DNA of 64,000 bases from the human T2T-CHM13v2.0 reference genome, Homo sapiens: the NCBI RefSeq assembly GCF_009914755.1, contig NC_060930.1, one strand, 5' to 3'. The notes below the pieces were generated by a model. The model did not search any database. It was given only the letters and a program-made list of their open reading frames with translations, and was not told the origin of the DNA. Made by a program: the position numbers and the translations under genes. The first letter of the stretch is position 1, and each line of letters opens with the position of its first letter. Shown in pieces: positions 13,322 to 29,171 of this stretch.

Positions 13322-15548
13322 TCGAGAAGTGGTGAGTGAAATGGGGACTCAAATCCTCTCGCTGTTGCTTCTAAGCCTTTTCATCCTTGGACTTCTCAGG
13401 GTGGGGGAAACCATGCCCCCATACCCCATTGCTCCAGGGCCTTTTCATGGCCCTTTCCTTCCATTCTCAGGGTCAAAAAAGGAGCAGTGAGCAGCAGCTC
13501 CCCGCTGCTCTCCCCTCCCTGCTGGGGCTGGGACGTATGGTCCAAGGGTCCCACACAGCTGGCTGGCTTGTTCCCAGCTATGCATCACCACAGCAGCCTT
13601 CTGCTTCCCTGGCCAAAGGGTTCAGCTCCATCGGACAGTAATTAAACTTTTCTCCCTGGTGGAGGAACTTGCATAAGAGTAAGAGGTTCTTCCCCAGGCA
13701 TTTTTAAATGTTTTTTTTTCTTTTCTCTTCTCCACCCTGTCTGCAGTTAACCTTTAAAGTTCTTTTTCCCCTTTAGCAGGCCAGACCCCCACCCCCAACA
13801 ACTATCACTGTGTTCTCTGCAAAGTTTTGGTTGTTAAATCAAGCCTCCATTTTGTTATACATCCTGAGGGCATGGCTTGTAACTCCAGTGGCAAGACTTT
13901 GCCTTATGGAATGAGCCCTTTCTGGTTCAATATCTGCATGTTTTTCTAAATCTGTCTCTTAAATAGCCCCATTCAGTGACTAGGTTTTCTTCTGCCTCTC
14001 TGTGTGTGTACTGTGTGTAACGTCTGTCAAAGAGCTGTAATTAATTTGGCCTAAAGAAAGACAAGCACTTGGATCTAATTTTTTTAAGGGAAGTTAAAAG
14101 CTGTAGTACCTTGCAGTGCATGTGACTTTACTCTTTAAGAAATAAAAACAGCCTTAAAGATTATTGGTAAAATGAAGGTGTCATTAAAATGTAAATAGGT
14201 GAACTAAACTATGCAGGTCAGATGCAAGGTTTGCTAAGTGTTTTGAGGTTATAAACTGCTTTTTGGGTTTTGAGAACTGTCTGTCTTGTTGGCTTCACAA
14301 TAGGTAAGGCCTGGGGACATATGAAATTAATTACACCCTTAACTAAAAAGGCAAACCTCGGCTGCAGTCAGCACACAATTAAAGTAACTTACCAGGTTTT
14401 ACCTTAAAGTTAAAAATTGTTAGGAGTTAACATTATACCATGTAATTGAAACTACTGAAACTAGATTTACATGTAAGGGGTGTAAGAATAGTAAAATGTG
14501 TTTTTATAGTAAAAGGTTATAAGAAGGCATGGAAATGTAAACTTTGGCCTAGGGTTAAAGGATTGTATTAAATTATATAGAAAAAAGCTGAAGGTTCAAA
14601 GAAGTGCTGGAAGAATTGTGGAAATTACTCTTGCAGAAGAGGTTCTTTGTGTGAACATATTGACTATTCAAAAAAAGGTATTATATGGTTTTTTCCGTAA
14701 ATTGAGCATTGAGATAAAACCATAACAAAATTTTCTTCAGGCACTAATCTGCTCTTTGGCAAAATTTGTAAAGGGTTATAAAAGGTTTTTGCTTCTTTAA
14801 GATTTTGGAGTCATCATTTTGGCACAATAAATAATTTATGGCTATCTGGAATTATGTTTCATAATATCAAGTGCTTTAGACATATTTAAAAGGCTTCTCA
14901 AAATCAAACTTCAGTTTCAAAATTGTCCTTCCTGACACCTGGCTTTTTGGATAGTCCAGAGAGCCCCTAGAATGTCCAGAAAAGAGGTAAGCAGGATTAT
15001 TCAACATATTTAGGTACCTGGGATTGTCAAAATCATGTTCACTCTTCTTTAGTTCATATCTTGGTAAATAATGCTAATCTATGTTCCAAAATTCTATGGG
15101 ATTTCAAAAATTCTAATATCTAAATGTATGCTATCAATCATAATTAATGTTGTTAAGTTATTGTAAACCATGGAGATAACCAAATTTGTCAATTGTGTTC
15201 CTAACTGTAACTACACTGGACGTTTTGCTATTCACAGACAATTGCTGTCTTGTTTTCATCCTTTTCAAAAGATAGTTTATAATAAGCTGCAGGACTTTAA
15301 CAGGTGCTCGCAAATACATGATTCTGTTAACTTTGGAGATTGTAACATTGGAATAAAGGAAAATGTACAGGACTCATGAGGAGCTGAAATGCTCACGAAT
15401 ATCAAACCAAACAAGAGTTAATTAAATGGACAGAACTCAGAAAGCTGAAGCAACTTTTGACTTTTTCTTGGAATACTGCTGATCCTTGTTTTATTTTTCA
15501 GAGTCAAGGAAACTTATTTTGAACTATTTATAGCCTTTAACAAGTAAG

Positions 15549-15833
15549 GGCCGGACACGGTGGCTCACGCCTGTAATCCCAGCACTTTGGGAGGCCGAGG
15601 CGGGTGGATCACAAGGTCAGGAGATTGAGATCATCCTGGCTAACATGATGAAACCCCGTCTCTACTAAAAAATAGAAAAAATCAGCCAGGCATGGTGGTG
15701 GGTGCCTGTAGTCCCAGCTACTCAGGAGGCTGAGGCTTGAACCTGGGAGGCAGAACTTGCAGTGAGCCAAGATCGTGCCACTGCACTCCAGCCTGGGTGA
15801 CAGAGCGAGACTCCGTCTCAAGAAAAAAAAAAA
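15549..15833 (+). mobile_element. Alu (AluY-like) nested in the ERV, with a short internal deletion
   Basis: GGCCGG start; Y-type diagnostic residues; the AGGAGAAT segment is missing after GCTGAGGC; short TSD AAGTAAG. Confidence 0.9.
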
Positions 15834-18800
15834 GTTAAGTAAGGTATACTCCTGGGGTGAAAATTTGGAGCATGCTTGTTTCTCTCTGCCTGGTTCCTTT
15901 CGAATTTGGAAACTATCTGTGAGTATTCTTAACTTACGGCAATATAGTTGTTTGCATCAGTGCAATAAGAATCCATTTTTCTTTTGCAACAAGACACAAT
16001 TGGAAAAATTGGGTATTTTATCAAGGGTTTGACTGAAAGTGTATGCTTCCCTTTAAGGAGTCAATCTCAACTTACAGAACTAATAAAACTCAGTGGGGAA
16101 ACTGGCCTAATACCCTTGTCTATGCAGTCCCTGTACAGGGTTCTTGACCTATGGTCAGTAAAGAATGTCACTTTCTAACAGGTCCAGGAGCTCCAAGTTT
16201 ATCTTTGGACCTTAAGAGGAGGGGATCACCCAACTCACAGGCATTTGAGGATACAAACCCAGAGCTGGGATCAGCATTAAAAGGTCTCACCTGAGAGTCC
16301 TCGTGGAACAGACTTCCATCAAAGCCAATCCAAAAGGCTTATGTAGAAATAATTATTCTTGCTGCACTTTATGCAAATAATTAGGCCAAGTTTAAAACCA
16401 AAGTCTATTTGCAAACAACTCAGTCCTATTATGATTTTGTTTTTAACAAAAATGAGGACTGGAGAGAGGGAAATTATGTTTCAAAACTTATCATACATTT
16501 GTCATTAAATTCTAAACTCATTAGTTGTTTTTAAGATTTTGCCTATATTTTAGACTAACCCTGCTTGTTCCTGTGAACCAACCAGCAATCTCTGGCTGCA
16601 GCTCAGAAAGAACAAGAGGGATGGGTAATGTAGAAATCTGGATCAATATTCTGGTTCTGAGCAATTATCCTGCAAATCCTGCCAGGTGATGGAATAAATA
16701 GGGAATAAATAGGGTGCCCATCACCTGGAGGTTTCATTTTTGGGGAAGTAAAGACCAAGGGAACTAACCAAAGCCAAGCACCATGCACCTAAATTCTAGC
16801 AAGCATAACTATAGCTACCAGTTATCTTGGTGTGTCACAAGACATCCTTTTCTCTCCCTTGTTGGAGGACTCACTTCCACAGTTTCACCTTAGCATTTGG
16901 CTTTTGATAAGGAGTCCATGTAACCCCCCGAGACATATTTTTGTCCCAAACTCAATTCCAAGCTTTAGGTAAAAGCCCTAGGAAGGAAAACTGGATCTGA
17001 GGTATCCAGAGGCAAATTACAACGGAGGTTAAAAGGCACAGTGCAGGTGAGCATGGCTGATTCCTGTCGATTAAGCCAACCCCAAGCTTCCTGTTTCATG
17101 GATAAAGGGCATGTTAATATCTATGGTATAAATGAGGTCTAGGGAATTCCAAGGCTACTGACAGTAGCAGGGATAGAGACATAAGGGAGAGCAGATCATT
17201 CTTATTCTCTAAGGCCCTCCCTGCTTGATGGGTGTAAGCTGCTTTGGCACTCATGGTGGGACCTGACAAGGTCACTGGGATTCGGGGATGCAAGGATGGA
17301 GGAGGGAAAGAGGATGCTTTTCATTCTCTCTCTCATGTATCTTGGGCATATGTTAGGAAGAGAAGGAAACCAGAGATGCTTGCTCCCCTCTTTCTAGATG
17401 GGTAGCCATTCATCTTCAGTCTGTACCCCTTTCAAATGCATCCTGAACCCCTGGGAATCCTTTAAAAAATGCCTTTTTCTCCTTTCTCCTCCTCTGTTCT
17501 CTCTTCACGGATAGGTAATACGCTCCCCTGAGATGCATCCTCCAAACTGGAAAGAGTTAATTTCCCAAGCCTTAAACTGGTTGTCTTAGGATTGGGCTCA
17601 GGGGAAAGGAACCCAGAAGCCCAACATGCTGGCAAAAAGGGCCATCAGACTCCAAACAGTCATGCAACCAGAGCCTCGGACAATGGCCCCTTCTGCTGGG
17701 AATCCTTAAATAGGCCTCTGAGGAAGCTCTGACTGCTTTTCCCCAAATCAGCAGCCCCTGTCAGCAGGAAGCAGTTAAGATTGGTCTTTGTCTTTATTCT
17801 TAATCCAACAACTGTTAGATGTACTTCTTTAGAGTGGGGAATGAGACAGCCAAGTGGGGAGGGGGTCCCTGGAAAAACTCCATCCAGCCTGTCCACTGGG
17901 GTAGAGCCTCTGGAAGTTCATGACATTTGCAGCGAGGAGGAGCCTGGCCCATCCTCGTTTGGTGCGGAACCTGGGATTCAAGCTGTGGGTGGCAAGCAGT
18001 CTAGTTAGGTGAGTGTCCCTGCTTCCCCCTTTTCTTCCTTTCCACCCAATAAAACCCTGCCTTACTCAGCCTTCAAACCATCTGCAAGCCTAAATTTTCA
18101 TGGCTGTGGGACGGACAAGGACCCCAATTTTAGCTGAACTAAGGAAAAGTCCTGCAACAGTGGTAGTAATATCTTCTAAAACTCACTGAAAGGTTTGTTA
18201 CTATAAGCAAGTAGGTCCCAAAGCATTGTGTCTGTGTTAGTATAATATAGTAGCAGTTGACCATTATATTTGATCTAATTTTCTGTGGCTCATGATGATG
18301 GGAAGGCCAAGGGTAATGGCTAGGTGTTCTGTTGTTTTACAGCACAGTTATCTAGAATTAGTCATAGCCAATAGTATCATGTACATATTTCTGCCACACC
18401 CAATTCTGCCATATTGTTAATGTGTAATATACAAAATATTATTAATCAGCCTGCCACAGGCTCTGGCCAATCAGAACAGATGTTAGTTGTAAACACAGAT
18501 GACTACAGTGGTCCACACAGGCCAGATAAAAATTTTGCTGCTATAGTGGAATTTGAAATTAGCTATTCTTGTTATTTTTTTCTGGTATTATACTATGTAC
18601 TTAATAAATGGTTTTTATGTAGACCATATTTAACAACTCTCATTATATCAAATATTATAGCACTTATAGCCTAGACAGTTTGTTTTTTACTTTACAGATC
18701 TTTGTTTATAGTAAGATCTCCTTCTTGTTAATATCACTTTCATCTCCTTCCCTGTCTTGCTGTAAAAAAAAGTAACCAAGAAGAATAGTTAGTAAAATCC

Positions 18801-21314
18801 TGGCTATTGCATTAGTTACAAGTCAACAGTCCATTTTGTGCAGGACTCTGTGGGATGACGTTTTCTTGTCCTTTACTAAAAGATGTCATTCTGCCACTAA
18901 ACTGGCAATCTATACCATCACCGAGGATCTGTAATTTGGGAAGCTGAGCTACTCAGTTCTTCCACTGGCTTTTATTTCAAAGTCATTTGAAACTGGCAGA
19001 CTTACGGGTTAGTCAGGTGAGAAAATTTTGTTTTGTCTTCTTGGAAAGGTTTAAAGTAAAAGATAATTTCTTTTCTTTCTTTTTTGAAAACAAATTGGTA
19101 AACATAGCTAATGTAAAATATTTGTTTCATGTTCCTTTCTTTCTCTCCAGAAATGCTGGCAGGCACAGGAGTAGATGAAATGCTTCTATTTCCTTTTCTT
19201 TCTGGCTTGGGTAATTGTTTCTTATAATTTTTAATGGTTGTCTGTCAAGGTTTGGTACATTCTGTTGATTTTTTTTTCTTATGGATGGACCCTGCGTTGC
19301 TTTCTTTGTATTTTTTGAAAATGGAAGAATCAGTAAAGTATTATCCTATATTTAAATGAGAAGAATCAATATGTCTGTGTTTTGTGAGCAAAGGTAATAC
19401 TCTAGTACTAAGATTTTCCTTAGTCACATTATTTCTCCTGGCAATATCTTTTTAAAATCTATAAAAGAGTGGCTTGATAGACATAATTGATTAACAAAAT
19501 ATATGAGGATTTTGCTCAGTTCTGTATAGTAGGTGGGAAAGTATGAAACAGTTCCTGACCTTGAGGAGTTTATACTCCTACAGGAAAACTGGAGAAAGCA
19601 AGAGACTGTTCAATAAAAATACAAGTACCAAACAGAGTACAAAGTTCAAAGCAGGAAGAGATTGCTGCAAACTCAAATAGTCTGTTAAGACATCCTGGTG
19701 AGGTGGGATTCCACCTGGAGCTTCAAAGAGAGTAGAATTTGGATAGATGGAGTGGAAAAGGCAGATTCTTCCAAGCAAGAGGGAAAGGCTAGGGTCAGAA
19801 TCCGAGTGAGTAGGGTGTGGTCGATATGCAGTGAGGAAGAGGCATGGTGGCAGCCGCGGAATCATGGATAATAATAATGGGGGCCAAGTTGGAAAGGTCA
19901 GGAGGTGAAAGGTCTGGATTAGTTAGTTTGGCTTCTGCCTCAGTGAAAGTTCTAGCAAGAAACAGATGACTCTCTCATAGTAGGGTAACTTGTGCAAAGT
20001 TCACTAAAGGGATTATTTATGAAGTTGTGTGAAGAGTATAAGAGCAACCACAAGGGAGAGTGTAGTACCCCAGAGGTTCAGTAACAGTGGGGTGCTAAAA
20101 ATATCCTTGGGGCCAGAAGGGGTGAGAGGAGACCAGGAGCCAGACACAGAGAAGGCCCTGTGGAAAGAACAGTCAGGCAGGAACTGAGCTGAAGCTGAAG
20201 AAGGCCAATAGGCCTTAAAGACTCTGCAGGTGTGTGTGTAAATTTTCTGCCAGCATTCTCTTCTCTCTCTGATTTCTTCCTCCTCACTGGCTGGCCATAA
20301 CCAGAAGCCAGAGGCAAGGGATGCCACTGATGCAGTTCTTACCACTCAGCCTCCTGCACACAGACACGGAGGTGGGCTGGAAAAGGTTGGGAGTGGATAT
20401 TCAGAATGGCAAGAGGAAGATGTAGGAATCTTTTGAAAGCCATTGAACAAGGCTCAATGTAATAAAAGGAATATTTCAGACATAAATCTAACAGCAGTTG
20501 TGCAAGTTGAGGAGAAGAGGTTAGAAGCAAGGAAATCTGTCAGGGAGATCAGATTAGACATTTTTCACAGAGTATATTAATAAGGTCCTAGACTAGGTTA
20601 GTGGCAAAGGGAATAGAAACAAAGGGATAAATGTGTAAGGCATTGTAAAGTATTGTCAGTAATTCATATGGCCAAATTTGCGTCTCTCTTTGTAGTATTA
20701 TCTTCAGATTTAGACTTCTAAATGTCATAAGATGTATGTAATTTGTGAGTTTAGAGTTTGACAACATCTCTCTTCTTTAATCATTTAATCTAATGAAGTT
20801 TTCCTTTTCTCTTTATTTTGTTTTTTGATTTTCTTATTTGATATTCAGTTCTTGTTGAGGATATAACTTAGAGCTTTAGTAATTTAGTTTCAGAGTTATT
20901 AACACTTCACAGAATACCAAATGAGAGTTCAAAATTCAAGTTGTTCTTTGATTGTATTAAATATTTTCTTGATGTAACTAATAGTTTACCATAAATTCTA
21001 AAAATCAAACTAGTTTAATTTCTCTATTTCTTATAAGTGAAGGTGCACATTAGATACATATCACATAGCAATAAATTCATTTTATGTGCAAACAATGCAA
21101 ATGTCTATCTAAATCTATAAGGTCTATTTATTTTTGTTTTATGTACTGATTTATCTTCAGTACATTATATGCAGGAATTGTCTGTCAGAATAATCTACAC
21201 AGCTCTTAGTGGCTGACATAAAATCCTACAGGTAGAATAGCTTAGTTTCACTCCATTATATGATCTTTTTAAATTCAAAAGCACACACACACACACTCTA
21301 TTTTGGGTACTTGC

Positions 21315-21343
21315 CTGTCAGGGAAACTTCTCTGTTTTATTCT
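21315..21343 (-). CDS. IMPG1: IMPG1 coding exon 4 (29-nt micro-exon; RIKQRSFPD-R)
   Basis: TTTTTTGCAG| acceptor; exon AGAATAAAACAGAGAAGTTTCCCTGACAG; followed by a GC donor (GCAAGT); 29 nt restores the frame between exons 3 and 5. Confidence 0.93.
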
Positions 21344-21557
21344 CTGCAAAAAGATAAAGATAAAATGTAATTTTACCAGGAGATAATGCCAACCGAAGAG
21401 TTAAAGTCAATTTTCATTCCCTTCTCCCTTAACCTACACTTCAACCTGACTGTACCATATTATTTTGCAAGAATAAAATTTCTATTGGCCTAATCAGATA
21501 CCTCCAAGCACTTCTTCAATTAACCCTTACGTTGTGGAAACCAATTCAAAAGGCCTA

Positions 21558-21800
<243 letters not shown>

Positions 21801-21994
21801 TCATTAATGGCCATGCCCTAAGAGGGTCCCCGTACCCAATCCCAAGCAAAGTCTAATAACATGGAAAATTATTTCATGGCTTATGTCGACACACTAATTT
21901 ACAGTCTCTAAAAGTTAATTCATTTAACAAATATTTATTGAGTACTTACTATATGCTATGGAGAAAAAGGAAAGCAAGAAAATAGGGAATATTA

Positions 21995-22032
21995 TGTGCG
22001 TGTGTGTGTGTGTGTGCGTGTGTGTGTGTGTG
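21995..22032. repeat. (TG)n microsatellite with CG interruptions
   Basis: Seen directly. Confidence 0.95.
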
Positions 22033-22220
22033 CAAAACTGCAGTTTAAAATAGAGTGGTTGAGGAAGACCTCACTATAAAGGTGACTTTTGAGCCATTTG
22101 GGAAAAGTAAAGTCTCCCAGTTTGTGGAGTGCTAGGGGCACTGAAGGAGCAGGGAGGATGTCACTGTGGCCAGAGCAAGGTTGAGAGTAATAGAGGATGA
22201 AGATAGAAAGATGTGGCGAG

Positions 22221-23990
<1,770 letters not shown>

Positions 23991-24783
23991 AAGCCTCCCT
24001 ATAAGCATTTGTAATATGTTGATTTTTAACTCTAGAGCAATGGAAACAATTGGAGCCTTTAGGGCAGAGGCTGACACCATCTGACTTACTGAAGAAACAC
24101 TTAAAGAAACACTGCTGTGCTGAGAAAAAGGACCGTGGGGAGGAATAGGGTGAGACGAGACCAATCTGGAGACTCTTATGCCTATATGTTATTCCTTCCT
24201 CCCCACTTATTCCATGTCTGGATTTCTCTTAGCTTTCTGTTTTAAGAAGAAAATTCCAGATCAACAGAAGCTCAGGTCATTTACCAGCAGCAACCTGACC
24301 AGAACCTTCAAGGTAATTGATCTTTTAATGAGTAACCCACAAAGACAGGAGAGGGTGCAGTCCTGACCACCTCAAATGTGCCATCTGGTTTCTCACACTG
24401 GGGGAAATAACAGGGTGTCAACACGTGGGAAGCAATGGAATACCTCACCTTGCAGAATTCATTTTTGTGAACTGTCTACTGCCAGGCAAGGATCAAGAAG
24501 TTTTAATGCCTTTTCTGATACAAACCAGCAAGCCGTCTCTGACCCTTCATCTCTGGTCAATAGTCTACATAATATACAAGAAGGAAACAACACTTGGATG
24601 TTTTCAGATTTGTCCAGACCCTAACAGTTGTATGTCCAGTCTAAGCAAACCAGCTGCCTTTGCTAGCCTTCTTTCTTACATATTCCACACTCTCTCTGGG
24701 GATGTTATTTTGTGGCTACTTCAATTCAAAACCAGTATAAGTGTCAGAGATACAACAATACATAAAATAAACTAGCACTGTCT

Positions 24784-24838
24784 TTGGTGACTTTCATGGA
24801 CAATATCTAAGTGTTGGTGACTTTCATGGACAATATCT
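24784..24838. repeat. 25-bp identical direct repeat, period 30
   Basis: TTGGTGACTTTCATGGACAATATCT at 24784-24808 and 24814-24838. Confidence 0.95.
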
Positions 24839-26124
24839 GTGTGTGAAACATCGGGGAAGATATTATGTGACAATCTCTTCTGTTTACAAGTTAGGCACAA
24901 CCTTGAGTGTGTCGCTTTTGGTCTCAGATTAAGACTTGCTTTTATTTCATTCCAATTTAAGTCTTGAACTAATTGTGTTCTTCGTTGAGCCTAGCTGCTC
25001 CCAGTTGAGCCCAAACTCAGACTGGCAGGCATCATAACTGATGTAGACAGATGTATACAGAAGTTCATTTTCCTGGGTGCTATGTAGCCTGAGGATGCAT
25101 CATCAGTTATGCAGAGATTTCTGCAGGCAGTCCCTGTCATATGGCTGCGGGGACTGAGGTTGAGCAGTCAAATAAGAGGTACTATTTTTGTTGTGTGCAT
25201 CTTCCTAGTTCTGCTCCTTTCCCTGATGTTCTTTCTCCTACCACAGGACACAGAACTACTCAAAACCTTCCATAAGGGCCCTGAAAGAATCTTCTTTCTA
25301 GAGCATAATGTCTGAAGTTGCTTGAAAAATTATCTCCCTGTGACATTGTAGTTTATGGGAATCATAATGTTAAGGATGAAATCTCAGACTCTTTCTGAGG
25401 GGCAGGCTTTCTTTTTTTGTGGCTCCTCTGATGTTATTTTTCTCTTGGAAGCTTCTCACAAGCCAGGAGGCATAGACTCTTTCCATGATTGGAATCACCA
25501 GCCCACTTACCCACCAGGATAGTCCCCCATCCTTACTGGGGAAGTATCAAAAAAACCCTTGAAAATTGAGGCATCAAAGGACCTCAGGGCTGGGAGGGAC
25601 CTGAAAACTTCTCAAAATTGGATTTTTGTAAACCTTTGATTTACCTGTTCTGTACTATCCTCCTTTGAACCTGCTGGGAGGGACTGCCACAGTGATTCTA
25701 GAGAAATCCAGCACCTTGGCCTCACTCCCACCCCAGTCTTCCCACAGTTGCCGGCCAATGCCTGAAATCTGATCACAGAACATCAGCTTCTCTGTCAAAG
25801 GTCATATCCTAAGTCATTTGATGATGTAGGAAGAACCCCAGGGAGCACATACCCTGGAGGCCAGGCATGGCAGTCTGTAATTGGAAGTCCTGGCCTGCAG
25901 ACAGTTATTCGCAATTAGTATTGTTAGACCAATGGTATGTGAAAATGCACAGTACAGGGTTGTGCACACATTAGAGGGTGAAATAACACACTGAAATGGG
26001 AATCAGGACACTGAGTTCTACCCCCGTTCTGCTGCCAGCTGTTCCCCTGAACATGCCATTTTACTTCATCAGATCTCAGTTTTCTTATCCGTACAACGGG
26101 AGTGTTGGCTAGATGTTCTCTAGA

Positions 26125-26290
26125 TTAGTGCTTCTAGAACTTTAAAGTACAAATGAATTTTACCTGGGGAACTTGTTAAAATGCAGATTCTGACAGTAGG
26201 TCTGGGGTGGGATGTATGATTCTGCATTTCTAACAAGTTTCCAGGTGGTGGTGATGCTGTTGATCTGCAGACAACATGGAGTAGAAAGAA
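26125..26290. mobile_element. MER5A-type hAT MITE
   Basis: cttgttaaaatgcagattctga...gtaggtctggggtggg...tctgcatttctaacaag. Confidence 0.75.
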
Positions 26291-26352
26291 CTAGGACCCT
26301 ATCCATCTTTAACCTTCTCTAAGGCACACTTAAATGTGAAAGAAAGATCTAG

Positions 26353-26653
<301 letters not shown>

Positions 26654-28868
26654 AAGGCCTAGCTTTTGATGTTGGGTATGGGAGGCAGAGAGGGAGGGAA
26701 ATAGAGGGAGAGACACAGGTGAGGTGACGGGGATCTGAAGGGAGGCATCTGTATAGCAGGAAATTTGGCTGGGGCACAGAGTTCAGCCTGTAGATTAGCA
26801 GAAACACACTTGCCTCTTTTGCATTTGGGCTTTGAGATAAGCACATTTATGATTCTACCACAAAGCTCAGAACATTTCACTGCGTTGCTTTTAAGCCCTG
26901 GGAAATGAAATAATTCAATGTTCCATTTGATTTGGGAATATGAGTGCTTTCTCTCCTAAGTTTGAAAGATGTCAATGGATAATTTTGTAAAAGTAGCAAC
27001 AAGAACAGTAAGTGGGTCTCTCTGTCAGAGGAAAACCGCTTTGTAGCTGGGTCTTATTTCTTGTTTCTTTGTGAACCAATTTGTTCGACTTAAGAAACCC
27101 ATGCTGATGAATAGTAAAATTTCATATTACCTAGGGGCAGCCATAAAGATAATGGACTGTCATTGCTGTGGGGAGAAAAACAATGGTTTGTTTCATCCAG
27201 GGAAACAAGAATGAAAGAGGCAACCTAATCAAGAATAAAGAGCTGAGAATAAAAATTCAGAGCTAAAAATTTTGTTGCAGCAATAAATAGGGTATTCCAA
27301 ATACTTCCAGTGAATCCTATTTGTGAATGTTGTAAAGAATTAGAAGTTATGTGAAAATAGGAATAGTTGCATTCATATTCAGTGTGATGCAAATACTGTA
27401 TGTACGTCCATCCCTGAGCAAACGATATGGAATTTACCAGGGTCATTATCTGATCAATGTGTAGGCACACTCGAAATTAGTAATTTACTCATGTCACTGT
27501 CTTTTCTCTATTTTCCCAATGGGCTCTTTGCATTCTGTGTCCACCAACAAGCATTGGCTAGTACCTGCTCTGTGGAGATGCCCTTCTAGGACCTTAGAAT
27601 AGTAATATAGTGCCCTTGATTTTCTACAGTGAGAGTCCTCTTTCAGACTGTGATCCAGTAGTTTTCACTTTTCTATGGGTGTGGCTTCTTTCAGAAAGTG
27701 AATATCTTTTTACTTCCACAGAAAATGAGACACATAAGGAATATAAGACTTGATATTTTTGAAACTGTTAGTTAATTATGCTTCCAAAACCCAATAATAA
27801 CTCTTCAGATTAATTTAACTTGGGCACATCTAACAAAAATAGACATCCAAGAAGTTTTCTGGATGTTGGTATTGTGAAATGGGTACTCAGTTGTCATAGT
27901 GTACAACACATCACAGGCTGGAATTGAACAAGCTTGCTCCAGTAGATGGGCTTTAAATAAAGCAGGGTGGCTCTGCTTTTTGCAATGGAAGCAAACATCT
28001 AGTGTGATCAAGATAGAAATCAGTAAAACTCTCAACTTTCGCATGTAAGATAAATTGAATTTAAGACTCAGAGAGACAAGATATTTTGCATTATTTGGAG
28101 CCACCTGGGGAATTTTAATAGTAGCTACCAAAGATTTGTTTTTTTTTCTTTTAAAAAAGAAGCCATGAGAATTTTGTCATCCATAGGAAGTTAGTGAAAA
28201 GATAGTCACTGATGGCTGTGCTGTGATTAACTCCTTAATGGTTTCTGGCAATGCCATCAGAATCCTGTGAAGCAGTCTTGGGGTAAAAAGTGGACTGTGA
28301 CTCTGCTGGAAACCACTGTAATTGTGTTGTAAATTCTGCTAACACTCTTGCATTATATCTTGGTAACCACTCTTTATTTGTTTCTCCTCTGCACTTCAAT
28401 GTGCCTCTAGGTTTCCAAACTTTAAAAGTTTCTGCTGGATCATCAATACACAAACTTATAAGAGGATCTGGATTGTAATGTTGCTTTTGAAAAATGAAAT
28501 CTTAAGTCATGAATCAATTTGCTTAGATTCCTGACATTGCAATCATCCTGTACTTCTTACCCATATGAACAACATTAAAATGGAATATTGAGCATTGGCA
28601 AAAATAAAAAATAAAGGGGTAAAATCTGGATGCCAAGGTTTTCTGGTGATTTCTAAATGCCCTATTGGTTCTATGCTGCACAAGATATTATTTTAAACCA
28701 TAAGAGCTGATATCTACCATAGTTTTGAATGTTTATTATTCATTACTATCAGATTATCACTAGGTTGATTTTTATAATTCTTGTGGCTAAATGACAGAAC
28801 TGGAAGTTTTAGGCTAAAGACAACCTATGGATGAATGAAAGGGAAGGGATGGAAATAACACAAGGCTA

Positions 28869-29171
<303 letters not shown>

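Larger units (their letters stand above)
12942..18159 (+). mobile_element. ERV1 provirus, MER61-type, two LTRs, non-coding internal region
   Basis: 5' LTR 12942-13298 and 3' LTR 17842-18159 (TG...CA); 4-bp TSD GTGG at 12938-12941 and 18160-18163; PBS 13304-13321; PPT AGAGTGGGGAA 17831-17841; env-tail-like remnant at ~17641. Confidence 0.92.

Noticed and set aside
13304-13325. tRNA-Lys gene
   Set aside because: Only the 3' 22 nt including CCA are present, directly after an LTR; this is a PBS.
13299-17841. Possible coding gag/pol/env in the ERV
   Set aside because: No long ORF or recognisable RT/integrase motif; only a short frameshifted env-tail remnant.
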